Shown: one piece after another, positions 32,168 through 41,389 of the stretch
Position numbering within the stretch: position 1 is the stretch's first letter
How the letters are laid out: the number at the start of each line of letters is the position of its first letter
Assembly: GCA_017652685.1 (NCBI GenBank)
Contig: JAGCAN010000001.1
Span: forward strand, 17,311 to 81,310
Source: Oscillospiraceae bacterium
GTDB lineage: Bacteria; Bacillota; Clostridia; Oscillospirales; Oscillospiraceae
DNA: 64,000 nucleotides
Direction: 5' to 3'
The notes under the pieces: generated by a model
The model's input: the letters and a program-made list of their open reading frames with translations, nothing else
What the model was told of the DNA's origin: nothing
Database searches by the model: none
Translations under genes and position numbers: made by a program

Positions 32168-33904
32168 ATGTCTCAACTTGGACAGGCATATGTACAGATC
32201 ATACCTGAAGCGCAGGGCATATCCGGGGCGATATCTGATGTGCTCGCAGGGCCTGCCGAGTCTGCCGGACAGGACGCCGGGAAGAAATTCGGCGCAGGTT
32301 TCGGCGGGAAGCTCGGTAAAGGGCTTGCTGTAGCTGGTGCCGGCGTTGTAGCGCTCGGAGCTGCTGCAGGCGCTGCCCTCGGCAAATCTATATCAGATGT
32401 GAGCCAGTACGGCGACAATGTAGATAAAATGTCGCAGAAAATAGGCTTTTCGCGGAAAGGTTTTCAGCAGTGGGACTACGTACTTCAGAGGGCCGGGACC
32501 AACATCAACAGTATGGCTCCGGTCATGAAGAAGCTGTCATCCGCGGCAGTGGAAAACTCTGATGCTTTCCAGGAGCTCGGAATCAGCCAGGAAGAAGTCG
32601 CCAACATGTCGCAGGAAGAGCTTTTTGGCCGCACGATCGAGGCCCTGTCCGGCATGGAGGAAGGCGCGGAGCGTACTGCGCTGGCATCTAAGCTGCTCGG
32701 CAAAGGCGCGTCTGAGCTGGCTCCGCTGATCAATGGCGGAACCGATGCCATCAAGGAACAAATGCAGATGGCGGAAGATTACGGCATGGTCCTGTCGGAC
32801 GAATCCGTAAAGGCCGCCGCTGATTTCTGCGATGCTCAGACCACCCTGCAGGGCGCAATGACCGGTTTTAAAAACAAAGTCAGTGCAGAGTTCCTGCCGG
32901 CAGCGACAGATGTCGTTAATGGGATCGCAAAGATGTTTGCCGGAGATCCATCCGGTTTTGATGACATAAAAAATGGCGTCGGGAAGATCGCGACGGACAT
33001 TGTAGCGAAGATCCCTGACTTCCTGGCGGCCGGAGGGGAACTGATCGGCGGGCTCATTCAGGGTCTTGTCGAACGGCTTCCGGAGATGGCCACACATGCC
33101 GCAGAAGCGATCAAGTCGTTCGCGGAGGGATTCGGCTCACAGTCTGAGGGCGGAAGCCAGCTCCTGGCAAATGCTGCTCAGCTCATGATGGATCTCGGTG
33201 GAGCTATGCTGGAAGCGGCAGCCATACTGATCCCTGCAGTCATAGAAGCTATCTGGACATTCTTCACGACGACTGACTGGCTCGGCCTTGGCATGCAGGT
33301 TGTTGACACACTTTACCAGGGCTTTCAGGACATCTTCCCGCAGGCAGTTTCATTTGTCGAAGAAAAAGTAAAAGAGATCATGGACCTGCTCGGGTTTAGC
33401 GGCCTTGTTGATCAGGTACAGAAACTCTTTAGCTCTGTCAAAGAGGGAATAACAGGACCGATTGACACGGCAAAAGAACTCGTCAGCGGAGCTGTGGAAA
33501 AAATCAAGGGTCTTTTCCCGATTTCAATGGGCAAGATCTTTTCCGGCATCAAGCTGCCACACTTTAAAATCTCCGGAGGCGAGATCCCGTGGGGCATTGG
33601 CGGAGCAGGAAGCCCGCCGAGCGTTGACATCGAATGGTATAAGCAGGGCGGTATCATGACAAAACCGGTTCTGTTCGGTGGCGGTGAAGCCGGAAAAGAA
33701 GGTATCGTCCCGCTGGATCCTTTCTGGGACCGTATGGACCGAATGACGGATTCCGTCATCAATGGGGTTAATACAGTACTTGCGGCAGGATCTGGGGCTG
33801 GCGGAGACATACACATTGTCCTCTATGCTTATCCAGGGGGGCCGCAGATGGATGAGATCATTGTCAAGTCCTATGATCGCGGAAAGGACAACGGATTGAA
33901 ATGA
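32168..33904 (+). CDS. Tape measure protein
   Basis: 578 aa, Ala/Gly-rich helical, 'GKGLAVAGAGVVALGAAAGAALG'. Correct position. Confidence 0.85.
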   Translation: MSQLGQAYVQIIPEAQGISGAISDVLAGPAESAGQDAGKKFGAGFGGKLGKGLAVAGAGVVALGAAAGAALGKSISDVSQYGDNVDKMSQKIGFSRKGFQQWDYVLQRAGTNINSMAPVMKKLSSAAVENSDAFQELGISQEEVANMSQEELFGRTIEALSGMEEGAERTALASKLLGKGASELAPLINGGTDAIKEQMQMAEDYGMVLSDESVKAAADFCDAQTTLQGAMTGFKNKVSAEFLPAATDVVNGIAKMFAGDPSGFDDIKNGVGKIATDIVAKIPDFLAAGGELIGGLIQGLVERLPEMATHAAEAIKSFAEGFGSQSEGGSQLLANAAQLMMDLGGAMLEAAAILIPAVIEAIWTFFTTTDWLGLGMQVVDTLYQGFQDIFPQAVSFVEEKVKEIMDLLGFSGLVDQVQKLFSSVKEGITGPIDTAKELVSGAVEKIKGLFPISMGKIFSGIKLPHFKISGGEIPWGIGGAGSPPSVDIEWYKQGGIMTKPVLFGGGEAGKEGIVPLDPFWDRMDRMTDSVINGVNTVLAAGSGAGGDIHIVLYAYPGGPQMDEIIVKSYDRGKDNGLK

Positions 33905-34281
33905 TGACCGAATTAGATTTTATCATCATCAACGGAGAGCAGATTCGGCGCCCGCCGAATTTCTCGCCTGCAAGAGAGGACATCTATAAAGGCGAGTACA
34001 CGACATGTACGGGTAAGCTGATCGCGGACCGGGTAGGATGGAAGTACTCTGACATGACACTCGAATGGGCCGCCCTGCCCCAGCATATGGTTGATGTCCT
34101 TATCGGCATGAACGGTGTCAGCACAATTGTCTTTGATGACCTTGACGGCGAGATCGTTGAGGAAGAGATTGTCAGGACTTCTGCTGTCGCGCTGCGCCAT
34201 AGATTTACCCATGGCGGCGTAACATTGTGGAAAGATGTTAAGGTAAAGATCAAATTCATCGAATCGCATACGGAGGGCTGA
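33901..34281 (+). CDS. Tail-associated protein (126 aa)
   Basis: ATGA-coupled to the tape measure gene. Function called from position only. Confidence 0.5.
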   Translation: MMTELDFIIINGEQIRRPPNFSPAREDIYKGEYTTCTGKLIADRVGWKYSDMTLEWAALPQHMVDVLIGMNGVSTIVFDDLDGEIVEEEIVRTSAVALRHRFTHGGVTLWKDVKVKIKFIESHTEG

Positions 34282-34284
34282 GTT

Positions 34285-36063
34285 ATGGCTGCTATTGACA
34301 CACAGAACGCCAAACAGATCAGAGCTCCTATGCTGATCAGCTGCGGAATCGCGGCGAAATCAAATTTAAATCTGACAATATCAAATATCAGCGGCTTTAT
34401 GTTGCAGGACACTTCTAATCCGCAGGCATCCATCAAAACGGAAGAATGGCCAATCAAGCAGATCACAGACCTGCAGGGCGACGGTTTTCCGCTTGATGGG
34501 TCCTGCGCTTTTTATGTGCCCGAACCGGGATCGGAAGACGGAAAGATCGGACTGCGAACACATATCGGCGGCTCCGGAAGCCTTACCGTTTCGGCTTCTT
34601 CAGAAATACCATCATTGACTATTTACACGGAAGGCGAAGGCACTATCACGGCTGGCAGCAGCTCATATGAGGCATGCGGCGTCAATATCATCCCTGTCAA
34701 TGCGACGTCTGTTTCGCTGACATTTTCCGCGGCGAATGCGACCGAGCGCATCATTGTGTACACGATCATACCAGGCGTCAGCATATCGTGGGATCAGGAC
34801 ACAATCGTATCCGTAGAGCTTGATCTCCGGTCCGATCTTGCCCTGACGAATACACGCTGGGCAGTTTCGGAGATCGAGATCAGAGGATATTATCCATACG
34901 ACATTTCGGAAGCCGTAACCGGTATATCTGATGACGTCCCGATCTGGTATACGGCAGGATACAGGGGTAACATGTCGCCTGAACGCAGGTTTTACCTGTC
35001 TGAACCGGTAAAGATGGAAAACAATATTGTTACCATCAGGGGCCATGACTCGTCCTATAAGCTCACTAAAAAAGGCAAGGCAGCGCAGATCCTAAACACG
35101 ACTACCGGAAGCGGGAAGCGTGACCTGTATTCCAAGATGGTCCGATTTATCACCGATGCCGGGATCACATTGAGGTCAAGACAGACAGCTCCGGCCAAGA
35201 CAACAGGATCCACCGAATATACGCTGATCTGGAAATCAAACACATACGATGCGATCATCCAGAACATCATGAACCTGGCACATGTCGGTACCTTTTGGCC
35301 GACGTTTGTCGATGCCGGCATTCCAAAGGTTTCTCATGAGAAGCCCACAAAGAAGTGGGACATCTATGAAGAAGATTGCGGAAATGTTGAGCGAACGGTG
35401 GACAGGAACCTGTCGAAGATCAGAACAGAGGACGATTTTGGTCTGCAGAACACTATCACACGCGAGAAAGAATGGCAGGAAATCGTAAGAAGGCACTGTA
35501 AGCGAGATGCAACTTATTCGCAGAATGCCGGAGGCGGATATTTCTGGGCCTTTTCTGTGTCTAATGCTAAGGACATAAAACCCACTGCAGAATCCGTATG
35601 GTGGACGGCGGTTAAGGACACGATCGGCGTCCCAAAGATGGACCACGTTATCAACGACCAGGGCGAAATTGTAACGGAGTACACAACAATGTACGTTGAT
35701 GAGTGCATTGTTAAAGCGAAGCCTACATCAACAAGAAAAGATGTCGATATGGTATCAGCCACTCCGGCCCGTTCAGGCATAACGGTGGAAATGTCACCAA
35801 TCGCATACGGCAGGGTTTATGGATATAATGAGCAGCTCGGTACCAGTGTCTTTATATATCCAAATTACAAAAACCTTTTCACCCGGTCCAATATCACGGG
35901 CAAGTTCAAGTGGAAAGGAGATCCAAGGATGATGCCGCGTGATGTATTCCGGTTTCACAGGCTTGACGGATCTTATGAGGACTGCACGATCGAGACAATT
36001 GTCCTTAAGCATGAAGGCGGCGGAACGTCCGCGGAAATCTCATACAGATTGGGGGTGTGCTGA
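34285..36063 (+). CDS. Tail tip / baseplate structural protein (592 aa)
   Basis: Size and position after the tape measure gene. Confidence 0.6.
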   Translation: MAAIDTQNAKQIRAPMLISCGIAAKSNLNLTISNISGFMLQDTSNPQASIKTEEWPIKQITDLQGDGFPLDGSCAFYVPEPGSEDGKIGLRTHIGGSGSLTVSASSEIPSLTIYTEGEGTITAGSSSYEACGVNIIPVNATSVSLTFSAANATERIIVYTIIPGVSISWDQDTIVSVELDLRSDLALTNTRWAVSEIEIRGYYPYDISEAVTGISDDVPIWYTAGYRGNMSPERRFYLSEPVKMENNIVTIRGHDSSYKLTKKGKAAQILNTTTGSGKRDLYSKMVRFITDAGITLRSRQTAPAKTTGSTEYTLIWKSNTYDAIIQNIMNLAHVGTFWPTFVDAGIPKVSHEKPTKKWDIYEEDCGNVERTVDRNLSKIRTEDDFGLQNTITREKEWQEIVRRHCKRDATYSQNAGGGYFWAFSVSNAKDIKPTAESVWWTAVKDTIGVPKMDHVINDQGEIVTEYTTMYVDECIVKAKPTSTRKDVDMVSATPARSGITVEMSPIAYGRVYGYNEQLGTSVFIYPNYKNLFTRSNITGKFKWKGDPRMMPRDVFRFHRLDGSYEDCTIETIVLKHEGGGTSAEISYRLGVC

Positions 36064-36431
36064 TGGCATGGATTGAACCTAAAACAAATTGGGTCGAGAC
36101 TGATCGGTGCACTTTTGATGATGCAAACAGGATTGCGAGCAACATCAACGAGCTATTAGGCAGCGCATCATTGAAAGCTGATTATACACAGGATGATGTG
36201 ATCTCAGCAGTCCAGTGGCGCGCTGTCCTGGACGCAATAGACAGTCTGATAGACAGAGAAGGGTACCATGCTGATGATCTGCCGGGAATGTCAGCTACGG
36301 CACTCAATTTCAATATTGTGGAAGGTCTGACATTGGGAATAAAGGAATGGATAGATCTGAAAAACAGACAGCATGCCGCAGATATTTTCTTCGGCGAAGT
36401 TTATTCCGGCGAAAATCAATGCATGAGGTAA
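36063..36431 (+). CDS. Tail/baseplate accessory protein
   Basis: ATG at 36063 overlaps the upstream stop (TGATG). Confidence 0.5.
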   Translation: MAWIEPKTNWVETDRCTFDDANRIASNINELLGSASLKADYTQDDVISAVQWRAVLDAIDSLIDREGYHADDLPGMSATALNFNIVEGLTLGIKEWIDLKNRQHAADIFFGEVYSGENQCMR

Positions 36432-36866
36432 ATGCGTATGGTCTTACAAGATAGAATTGTAGAAAACCCATGGCGGGTAACACTTACACCTGTCGCCGGG
36501 GAAGAAAATACTTATGACATGACGCGCAACGAAGGCGAAGTGACGCAGGAAGGCACTCAGATCAATGCCGCAAATCTCATTTCGGCTTTCGGCCTGGTGC
36601 GCGAGGACTATACCGGAACAGTCACGTATGAAGCGGGAACGGTCGGAACAAGAGCGACAGCGGTCAATCTCGGGACGGCGTCCAAATCCGGTATGATCCT
36701 GGTTGGTCTTGTAATCGTTGGTGCCACTAATGCATCCGCATATCAGATCCAGCCGTATGTGTCGAGCGGCACGGTATACGCAGGTATCTTCCGGGCCAAT
36801 ACCGGAGCGGTCACCGGAGCATCAATCACGGTGCGCGCAGTGTGGGCACCAGTTTTAGAGGAGTGA
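36432..36866 (+). CDS. Tail fibre/baseplate component
   Basis: 'GEVTQEGTQINAANL' is a motif common in Gram-positive phage fibre proteins. Confidence 0.5.
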   Translation: MRMVLQDRIVENPWRVTLTPVAGEENTYDMTRNEGEVTQEGTQINAANLISAFGLVREDYTGTVTYEAGTVGTRATAVNLGTASKSGMILVGLVIVGATNASAYQIQPYVSSGTVYAGIFRANTGAVTGASITVRAVWAPVLEE

Positions 36867-36872
36867 TAGCTT

Positions 36873-39095
36873 ATGGCTGTGAAAAGATCTTATAGAATCA
36901 ATCTTAGAAATTATGGTAACCCACCGGCAATCATGCTGTCACAGTATGACGAAAACTACGCGCTGGTATTCGAGGTTTTTGACGGTGCACTTCCGGCGGC
37001 AAGCCTCACATCATATACCGTCAAGCTTAAGGGACGTCAGCCCGGATCCGACAATCCTGCACTGGCATATGAGTTTACGGGCACGATATCAGGAACTCTT
37101 GGCAATGTCTTAAGCTTTACGATCGATACGACGATGACGGCCCGGGCCGGCAAAGGCACAGCTGAGATCGTGATCATTGATTCGTCCAATGATGTCAAGT
37201 TCGCGACATTTAATCTGCCTGTCTACATCGAAAAAGCAGCCGTTCCTGATAACGCGATTGACGCAGATGTCGAGAGAGCCCAGGAGATCGCTGATCAGGT
37301 ACAGGACATTGTAGATACAGCTGCCGCCACCGTAGGAGCTGAGGCAGAAGCCTGGGCCGTCGGCCAGAGAGACGGAGTAGACGTACCGAGCACAGATCCC
37401 GCATATGAGAATAACGCGAAATTTTACGCGGAGCAGGCAGCACAGATCGCAGAGGACATCTCCGGAGTCACTGATCAGGTAGCAACAAATACCAGTGACA
37501 TCTCAGATTTAAAGGAAGATTTAAATTCCATTGTCGGTGATTTCAAAACGCTTGACCAGTTTCCGCAGACGGTCGGAATCATCAACTCAACAGGGGTATG
37601 GGTTTATACATCCAACAACAATTACAAGCATGTAGTTGTTCCTGTAACTGGTGGGGAATCGGTAACAATAACAGGGAACTCTGCATATAACACATATATT
37701 GCTTTTTTAAAGACGTACTCTGCTCCTGTTAGTGGCAGTGCTGATTTTTCAGAGGCAACAGGATTTACTGGAAGAATCCAGCTTGCTAAAGGCGGGTCAT
37801 ATAGTTACACTGCGCCGTCAGATGCAACTTATATGTATATTCTGATGCTCGAAAATGAACATAACACCATGCCGTCAGCCTTAGTTATTGGTGGAGTTGA
37901 TTATTTTAAATCGTACTCTGACATGATTGAGGAAACTGTAGATAAAGCCAATGCTGATAACATCAAAGTTGACGCTTTGGAAAGTGCGGTCAGCGGATTG
38001 GATTACAAACCGATAGAAGCATATCCCGAAACGTATGGAATGATTAAGGCAGACGGCACATGGGGGAACATCGTCAGCACCTACACGCACAGAGCAATCC
38101 CTGTTAAAGGTGGGGACAGAATCGAAATCATAGGAAATGCTGATTATAACTCCGTAATTGCGCTTTTAAAATCGTATAGTGTAGTAAACGGAACTAATGC
38201 GGATTTTTCTGCATCATATCAGAGCAGAATCCAAATAGCTAAAAGCGGACACAGATTTTGGGATGTTCCGTCAGACGCAACATATCTTTTTGTACAGGTT
38301 AAATTGGGCGGTGATGATACAACACCTATTAAAATCCGCATCAATAATGTCGATATAACAGATGGACTTACGACAAACCTTGAAGAGTTGTATAGTCCTG
38401 ATACGGTCAGATGGTGTGTCATGGGCGATTCAATCCCTAACGGATACCATTCAGAAGCAGGTGACACAAGCGAGGGTGACGAGGGAGAAGAAACGAGCGA
38501 AACTGTTAGGTGGCGCACATGGGCTTATCTTGTGGCTACTTGGAATCACTGGCAGATTGATAACATCGCTATAGGTGGGAGCGGTTATCTGCTGACGAGG
38601 AACGGCGAAAGTGGATACACGCTCGGAAGGTCTGTGGATTTTACAAAATACAACCTTGTGACTATCGCATACGGAATCAACGATTGGAAGGGCAACCAAG
38701 TGATGGGTGACATCACGGATGATCCGACAGGCATTACTCCTACCACTGTCATTGGAGCAATTAAGGCTACTATTGAAGGAATCCTTGCAAGCAATCCCAA
38801 TATCAAGATTATCGTCATCACTCCGCTTAACTGCTACGGATACAATCATGATTACGGTACAGAATCAACTAACTGGGCGTTAGGTTATGAGTTCTCCAAC
38901 AGCGGAACACTGGAAAGTTTTGTTCAGAAACTCATTGAGGTCTGCAACTATTACGGCATCCAGTATATCGACATGACGCACTATTCGCCCATTAATCGCA
39001 AAAATCTGCCTACTATGGTTCCTGATGGTGTACATCCGTCACTTGCATGCCATAACCTTATCGCTCATCAGCTTAGTAAGCAGATTACGTTCTGA
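36873..39095 (+). CDS. Receptor-binding protein: BppU-like N-domain, two tandem paralogous domains, C-terminal SGNH/GDSL esterase
   Basis: BppU-like N-terminus. Repeats at aa 226-343 and 378-494. SGNH blocks 'MGDSI', 'IGGSG', 'YGINDW', 'DGVHPS'. Confidence 0.75.
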   Translation: MAVKRSYRINLRNYGNPPAIMLSQYDENYALVFEVFDGALPAASLTSYTVKLKGRQPGSDNPALAYEFTGTISGTLGNVLSFTIDTTMTARAGKGTAEIVIIDSSNDVKFATFNLPVYIEKAAVPDNAIDADVERAQEIADQVQDIVDTAAATVGAEAEAWAVGQRDGVDVPSTDPAYENNAKFYAEQAAQIAEDISGVTDQVATNTSDISDLKEDLNSIVGDFKTLDQFPQTVGIINSTGVWVYTSNNNYKHVVVPVTGGESVTITGNSAYNTYIAFLKTYSAPVSGSADFSEATGFTGRIQLAKGGSYSYTAPSDATYMYILMLENEHNTMPSALVIGGVDYFKSYSDMIEETVDKANADNIKVDALESAVSGLDYKPIEAYPETYGMIKADGTWGNIVSTYTHRAIPVKGGDRIEIIGNADYNSVIALLKSYSVVNGTNADFSASYQSRIQIAKSGHRFWDVPSDATYLFVQVKLGGDDTTPIKIRINNVDITDGLTTNLEELYSPDTVRWCVMGDSIPNGYHSEAGDTSEGDEGEETSETVRWRTWAYLVATWNHWQIDNIAIGGSGYLLTRNGESGYTLGRSVDFTKYNLVTIAYGINDWKGNQVMGDITDDPTGITPTTVIGAIKATIEGILASNPNIKIIVITPLNCYGYNHDYGTESTNWALGYEFSNSGTLESFVQKLIEVCNYYGIQYIDMTHYSPINRKNLPTMVPDGVHPSLACHNLIAHQLSKQITF

Positions 39096-39120
39096 TAGTT
39101 AAATGACACGAGGTAAAGCT

Positions 39121-39210
39121 ATGAATCCATGCGAGACATGCACAGTATATCTTAGCGGTAGAACAGGCACAGAAACGTGTGCAGGATGTACGGAAAAGAC
39201 CGATGTTTAA
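39121..39210 (+). CDS. Mini-ORF (29 aa, CxxC...CxxC)
   Basis: RBS gaggtaa. Manual translation MNPCETCTVYLSGRTGTETCAGCTEKTDV. Confidence 0.3.
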   Translation: MNPCETCTVYLSGRTGTETCAGCTEKTDV

Positions 39211-39228
39211 GCGACACGAGGTAAGATT

Positions 39229-39315
39229 ATGGAAGTCATCAAAATAGCAGGAGTTTTTATTGGTATAGTTGCCGTCTGCTATGTGTTGGCGTGGCTATGG
39301 GCAAAGCTATGGTGA
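39229..39315 (+). CDS. Mini-ORF (28 aa, single TM)
   Basis: RBS gaggtaa. Manual translation MEVIKIAGVFIGIVAVCYVLAWLWAKLW. Confidence 0.3.
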   Translation: MEVIKIAGVFIGIVAVCYVLAWLWAKLW

Positions 39316-39370
39316 AGATAGTTAAATGACACTTTAAATATCATTTTTCTAAGCAAATTTAGGATACGTT

Positions 39371-39412
39371 AAAACATAAAATAAAAACTTAAATAAATTT
39401 ATTTTATGTTTT
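39371..39412. terminator. AT-rich 15-bp-stem hairpin (candidate bidirectional terminator)
   Basis: AAAACATAAAATAAA ... TTTATTTTATGTTTT are perfect inverted repeats with a 12-nt loop. Confidence 0.45.
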
Positions 39413-39435
39413 GCTTACGTAACACTTTAAATATC

Positions 39436-39482
39436 GCAACTTGTGTGGCAACTTGCAACCAACTTGCAACCAACTTGCAACT
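39436..39482. repeat. 11-bp tandem repeat (CAACTTGCAAC, about 3.5 copies) phasing TTGCAA palindromes
   Basis: TTGCAA at 39453, 39464 and 39475, exactly 11 bp apart. Confidence 0.8.
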
Positions 39483-39536
39483 ATTAACACGGGGACTCCT
39501 TCGGGGGTCCTCTTTACATATTAGGAGGGCCAGACA

Positions 39537-39962
39537 TTGGACAAATTGCTTCAGCAGGCCGTCGAGCCCGGCCAGATGATCACCTGGCTGATCTTAGCGT
39601 TTCTGGTCGGATACTTCATCTATAAGGAGTGGCCTGAATTTAAACGGAGGGTATCCGGATCAGAAGTCAAGAAGGTAGAAGATAAGTCAGTGACAGACCG
39701 GCTGACAGCGATCGAAGCTGACATCAAAGAGATCAAGGAAAAGCTTGGGCAGGATTACAGCCGGCTCAATGATATGGATCGATGGAAGAGCGACATGGAA
39801 CAGATCGTTACCGAATCACTGGAAGAAAGAGAGATCCTGATGCAGGCAATGCTCGGTGTACTTGGCGGCCTGCAGGAGCTCGGAGCCAATGGGCCAACAA
39901 AAGAAGCAAAAGCAACAGTGCAGCGATATATCAACAAACAAGCGCATAGGAGGGATGCATGA
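39537..39962 (+). CDS. N-terminally membrane-anchored coiled-coil protein (lysis module; TTG start)
   Basis: TM 'ITWLILAFLVGYFIY'. RBS aggaggg. ATGA-coupled to the holin gene. Confidence 0.5.
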   Translation: MDKLLQQAVEPGQMITWLILAFLVGYFIYKEWPEFKRRVSGSEVKKVEDKSVTDRLTAIEADIKEIKEKLGQDYSRLNDMDRWKSDMEQIVTESLEEREILMQAMLGVLGGLQELGANGPTKEAKATVQRYINKQAHRRDA

Positions 39963-40189
39963 GTAAAGAAGATCTGATCAGGAAGCTGACAAGCCGTAAG
40001 TTCTGGGCGGCAGTGTGTGCGTTTGTGACGCTGCTGCTTGTTGCTCTCGGATCCGATGAAAGCGAGGCTAAGCAGGTAGCGGCGATCATCATGGCCGGAG
40101 CTACGGTACTGTCATACATCCTCGGAGAGGGCATGATCGACGCGGCTAGGGAAGGCAAACGCGAAGACACGGAAGAATACACCGAATAA
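39959..40189 (+). CDS. Holin
   Basis: 76 aa with two TM segments, 'FWAAVCAFVTLLLVAL' and 'VAAIIMAGATVLSYILG', and a charged C-terminus. Confidence 0.6.
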   Translation: MSKEDLIRKLTSRKFWAAVCAFVTLLLVALGSDESEAKQVAAIIMAGATVLSYILGEGMIDAAREGKREDTEEYTE

Positions 40190-40202
40190 TAGAGGCGGCG
40201 CC

Positions 40203-40241
40203 ACTGCTCGTCCGGACTGCTACCGGGCGGGCAGTTTTATT
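40203..40241 (+). terminator. 13-bp-stem hairpin plus T-run between holin and endolysin genes
   Basis: ACTGCTCGTCCGG-actgcta-CCGGGCGGGCAGT (2 G-U pairs) then TTTATT. Confidence 0.5.
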
Positions 40242-40254
40242 ATGGAGGCAATTG

Positions 40255-41388
40255 ATGAGTTGTTGGACTGCAGAAACCGAAAAAATTATTAAAGCCCATC
40301 AAGGAGATTTCACATCTGCCAATTGGCAGACCAAGCTGAACTGGTATGGCGGCTATTCCGCATATCTCAATATCCTCGGAGGCGTCTTCAAAAAATATAA
40401 TGGTAAAAACGCCAGTGTGAAAACAGCAGCACAGTTCCAGGAAGTGGCACAGTACGTCATGGGACTCATGGCGATATATGGCTTCAATTACAACAACGGC
40501 CAGACACATGTCTTATGGGGCGGACCAAAACCGTTTTATCCGTCAAAAGACAGTGGGAGATGCAATTGGGGCGAGATCGATACGCTCTGCTCCAGCTCCG
40601 GCAAAGATAAGACCACAAACTGTAACTTCGGCATGGATAGCTTTTACTACAAGTGCGGTCTGATGCCCAAGTACATGGAATTGTCTGACATGTTCAAGTG
40701 GCAGGCCAGGCACTATAAGGTCATCCGCAAAAAAGAAGACCTGAAGATCGGTGATCTGATCCATCTTTTCCACAGCCATATCACATCAAATGATCCCGGT
40801 ACATGGAGCGGATGGGGGCATGTATGCTGCGTCGGTGAGAAACGCGGGAACACTATCATCGCATATGATACTGGCAGGCGTTTTATTTCTTCCGGAGACT
40901 TCAAAAAAGAGTTCAACGTCAACAGCAAAAATGAACCTATCGGCGAATATGACAACTATGACGGATGGGTCGGGATCCACTTTGTTGAGCTCAGCGGTAA
41001 CAATGGCGAGGTCAAGGGAGACAGCGACCTGGCCGTAGAAGTGATCGCAGGGAAATATGGATCCGGACCAATGCGAGCCGTCAAGCTCGGCAAGCGCTAC
41101 GACGCCGTACAGAAACGGGTCAACTACTTCCTGGGCGGATCCTCCGCTGGCCGCGCCGCCTACCTGCGGGCCGCTGCCGGTTACGTCCTCAAGGGCTATG
41201 CTGGCACCGACGAGGAGCGCCGGAAGTTCTTCGGCAAGGACTATGCAGCCGTCCAGGACAAGGTCAATTGGGTGATCAGGACAGCCCGGGATGTGATCGC
41301 GAACAAATACGGCAAGGCTGACGACCGGAAAGCCGCGCTCGGCATTGACTACGATCTTGTACAACAGCAAGTAAATAGGATGGTGTAA
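40255..41388 (+). CDS. Endolysin 1: NlpC/P60- or CHAP-like peptidase with three CW_7 (Cpl-7-type) repeats
   Basis: 'GDLIHLFHSH...GWGHVCCVGE'. Three 'G...R...LG..Y..VQ..VN' repeats. Confidence 0.7.
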   Translation: MSCWTAETEKIIKAHQGDFTSANWQTKLNWYGGYSAYLNILGGVFKKYNGKNASVKTAAQFQEVAQYVMGLMAIYGFNYNNGQTHVLWGGPKPFYPSKDSGRCNWGEIDTLCSSSGKDKTTNCNFGMDSFYYKCGLMPKYMELSDMFKWQARHYKVIRKKEDLKIGDLIHLFHSHITSNDPGTWSGWGHVCCVGEKRGNTIIAYDTGRRFISSGDFKKEFNVNSKNEPIGEYDNYDGWVGIHFVELSGNNGEVKGDSDLAVEVIAGKYGSGPMRAVKLGKRYDAVQKRVNYFLGGSSAGRAAYLRAAAGYVLKGYAGTDEERRKFFGKDYAAVQDKVNWVIRTARDVIANKYGKADDRKAALGIDYDLVQQQVNRMV

Positions 41389-41389
41389 C

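Larger units (their letters stand above)
39094..39332 (+). repeat. 16-bp direct repeats GATAGTTAAATGACAC (39094-39109 and 39317-39332) flanking two mini-ORFs
   Basis: Read directly. The leader GACACGAGGTAA is also duplicated at 39105 and 39212. Confidence 0.8.
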
